DNA from: an uncultured delta proteobacterium
GTDB lineage: Bacteria > Desulfobacterota > Binatia > UBA9968
Reading direction: 5' to 3'
Length of the DNA: 64,000 nucleotides
NCBI GenBank assembly: GCA_963804165.1
Contig: CAWDPO010000016.1
Location: forward strand, 114,284 to 178,283
The notes under the pieces were generated by a model. The model ran no database searches. It was not told where the DNA came from and was given only the letters and a program-made list of their open reading frames with translations. Shown here piece by piece: positions 62,774 through 64,000 of this stretch. The position numbers were made by a program, and so were the translations under genes. Numbering within the stretch: position 1 is the stretch's first letter; every line of letters starts with the position of its first letter.

Positions 62774-63847
62774 ATGAAGGGCTGTAAGCGAATCTTGGTC
62801 TGGTCCATTTTTTTCGCTTTGGTCTCAATTCGGCACGGAACCGCTGCGGAGACGGTGGACTCGTTGATCGCCGGGGCGAAGAAAGAATCGGAATTTACTT
62901 TTATCGCCGGCGCGCAGACCTTCGGCGGGCAAAGGAATTTGTCGCTATTGGAGTCCGCGTTCAACAAGAAGTTTGGTCTCAATGCCAAAATTCGTTTCAG
63001 CGCCGGCCCGGAAATGAACGCCATGGCTGCGCGGGTGATCACCGAGCTCAAGAGCGGCGCCAAAGCGTCGAGTGATATCTACCACGGCTCGCAGTCGCAT
63101 TTTTCTTTGCTACACAAGGAAAAGGCATTGGAGACCGTGAACTACGCCGGCATTTTTCCATGGATCAAAAAAGACATGGAAATTTTTCCCAGCGAAGGCT
63201 TGCTGATTTTTACCTCCCTGCGCGGGATAATTTACAATTCCAAAATCATTCCAAAAGATAAGGCGCCGAAGACCTACGAAGACCTGGTCGATCCAAAGTT
63301 GAGTTCCACTTGGGCCGGCAAGATGGCGATCCCGCCGTATGTTTCGTGGCTGGTCGAGCTGTCGATGATCTGGAGCGAGGAAAAGGTCAAGAACTTTACG
63401 CGCAAGCTGGTCGCCCTGAGCGGCGGTCGGTTGCGTTACAGCGAAGAGGAGCGCGTCGTCAGCGGCGAATTTCCCATCGCGGCCAATATGGGCGGCGCGA
63501 CGGAGCAGATGTGGCAATGGCAGGCGAAAGGCGCGCCGCTCGTGGCGGTGATGGGCTCGACGCCGGTGCTGCCGTCGTATTTTCAACTCGGTGTGCCGAA
63601 GAATACCGTGCATCCAAACCTGTCGAAGCTATTCGTCGGCTTCATGGCGTCGAAAGAGGCCCAAGCGATACTGGAAAAAAATGATTTTCGCACTTCGCAC
63701 CTTGTCGAAGGCACGATTATGGCGAACTATCTCAAGCAAAGTAAAGTGCAGCTGCAGGAAGCGAAAGATTCGATCGCGTTTTATCTACGAGGCGAGGACA
63801 GCGGCTTGGAGTTCAAAGAAGAGCTGACGAAAATGCTTAAACAATGA
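62774..63847 (+). CDS. Extracellular solute-binding protein (Fe3+/thiamine-like family)
   Basis: Signal peptide, LIAGAKKE, IIYNSKII..APKTYEDLVDPK..WAGK, VSGEFP, KGAP, HPNLSKLFVGFMASKEAQ. Confidence 0.85.
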   Translation: MKGCKRILVWSIFFALVSIRHGTAAETVDSLIAGAKKESEFTFIAGAQTFGGQRNLSLLESAFNKKFGLNAKIRFSAGPEMNAMAARVITELKSGAKASSDIYHGSQSHFSLLHKEKALETVNYAGIFPWIKKDMEIFPSEGLLIFTSLRGIIYNSKIIPKDKAPKTYEDLVDPKLSSTWAGKMAIPPYVSWLVELSMIWSEEKVKNFTRKLVALSGGRLRYSEEERVVSGEFPIAANMGGATEQMWQWQAKGAPLVAVMGSTPVLPSYFQLGVPKNTVHPNLSKLFVGFMASKEAQAILEKNDFRTSHLVEGTIMANYLKQSKVQLQEAKDSIAFYLRGEDSGLEFKEELTKMLKQ

Positions 63848-63940
63848 GAGCAACCGTTCAACCGTTCAACGTTCAAAGGTTCAAGGTGGGGCCGCGTTAG
63901 ACGGTAGACCTTGAACATTGAACAGATTCTCGAGGAAATC

Positions 63941-64000
63941 ATGCTTTCAAAAGAGGAAAACGAACTTCTAACCCGTGTCGGTCCGAGCACGCCGGCGGGC
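63941..64000 (+). CDS. Second Rieske oxygenase alpha subunit, N-terminus (runs off the window)
   Basis: GAGG RBS; MLSKEENELLTRVGPSTPAG matches the N-terminus of 61556-62704. Confidence 0.8.
   Translation, partial: MLSKEENELLTRVGPSTPAG

Noticed and set aside
30618-63923. CRISPR array
   Set aside because: Repeats are 7-9-bp tandem units or dispersed palindromes with no regular unique spacers, and there are no cas genes.

Overview
GC-rich Gram-negative bacterial chromosome window. The gene content (many orphan solute-binding proteins, Rieske oxygenases, hydantoinases, short-period intergenic repeats) suggests Candidatus Binatia or a Deltaproteobacteria-like lineage; this is an inference. Patchy 1-bp indels suggest an imperfectly polished long-read assembly. 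Five blocks: (1) 0-16 kb, a potassium island with a sigma54-driven small peptide-kdpF-kdpABC-PII-porin operon, a split KdpD, a KinB/AlgB-like two-component pair, a KUP/KimA-like permease and a Usp; (2) 16-25.4 kb, a glycogen cluster (malQ-glgB-glgA-glgC-GH57); (3) 25.5-30 kb, selA-selB-selD, where SelD itself carries an in-frame Sec UGA; (4) 30.8-40 kb, hydantoinase/oxoprolinase A-B-B, NMT1-like binding proteins and an MBL hydrolase; (5) 40.3-59.9 kb, the most unusual region. It is a co-oriented, cassette-like array of 13 paralogous ABC_sub_bind-type binding-protein genes (12 full length, 1 truncated) plus 3 orphan 3'-end remnants, headed by a sigma54 promoter with a palindromic enhancer. The paralogs vary in short patches on a constant framework. 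Most have a swappable leader in which heptamer tandem repeats pair with complementary repeats inside the signal-peptide coding sequence, enclosing the RBS and start codon. Cargo genes (a toxin-antitoxin pair, a Mo-hydroxylase with a beta-propeller, an aspartyl protease) are each followed by a scar of the conserved paralog 3' end. No permease, ATPase, integrase, transposase or reverse transcriptase is visible in the window. The window ends with Rieske oxygenases and further binding proteins.
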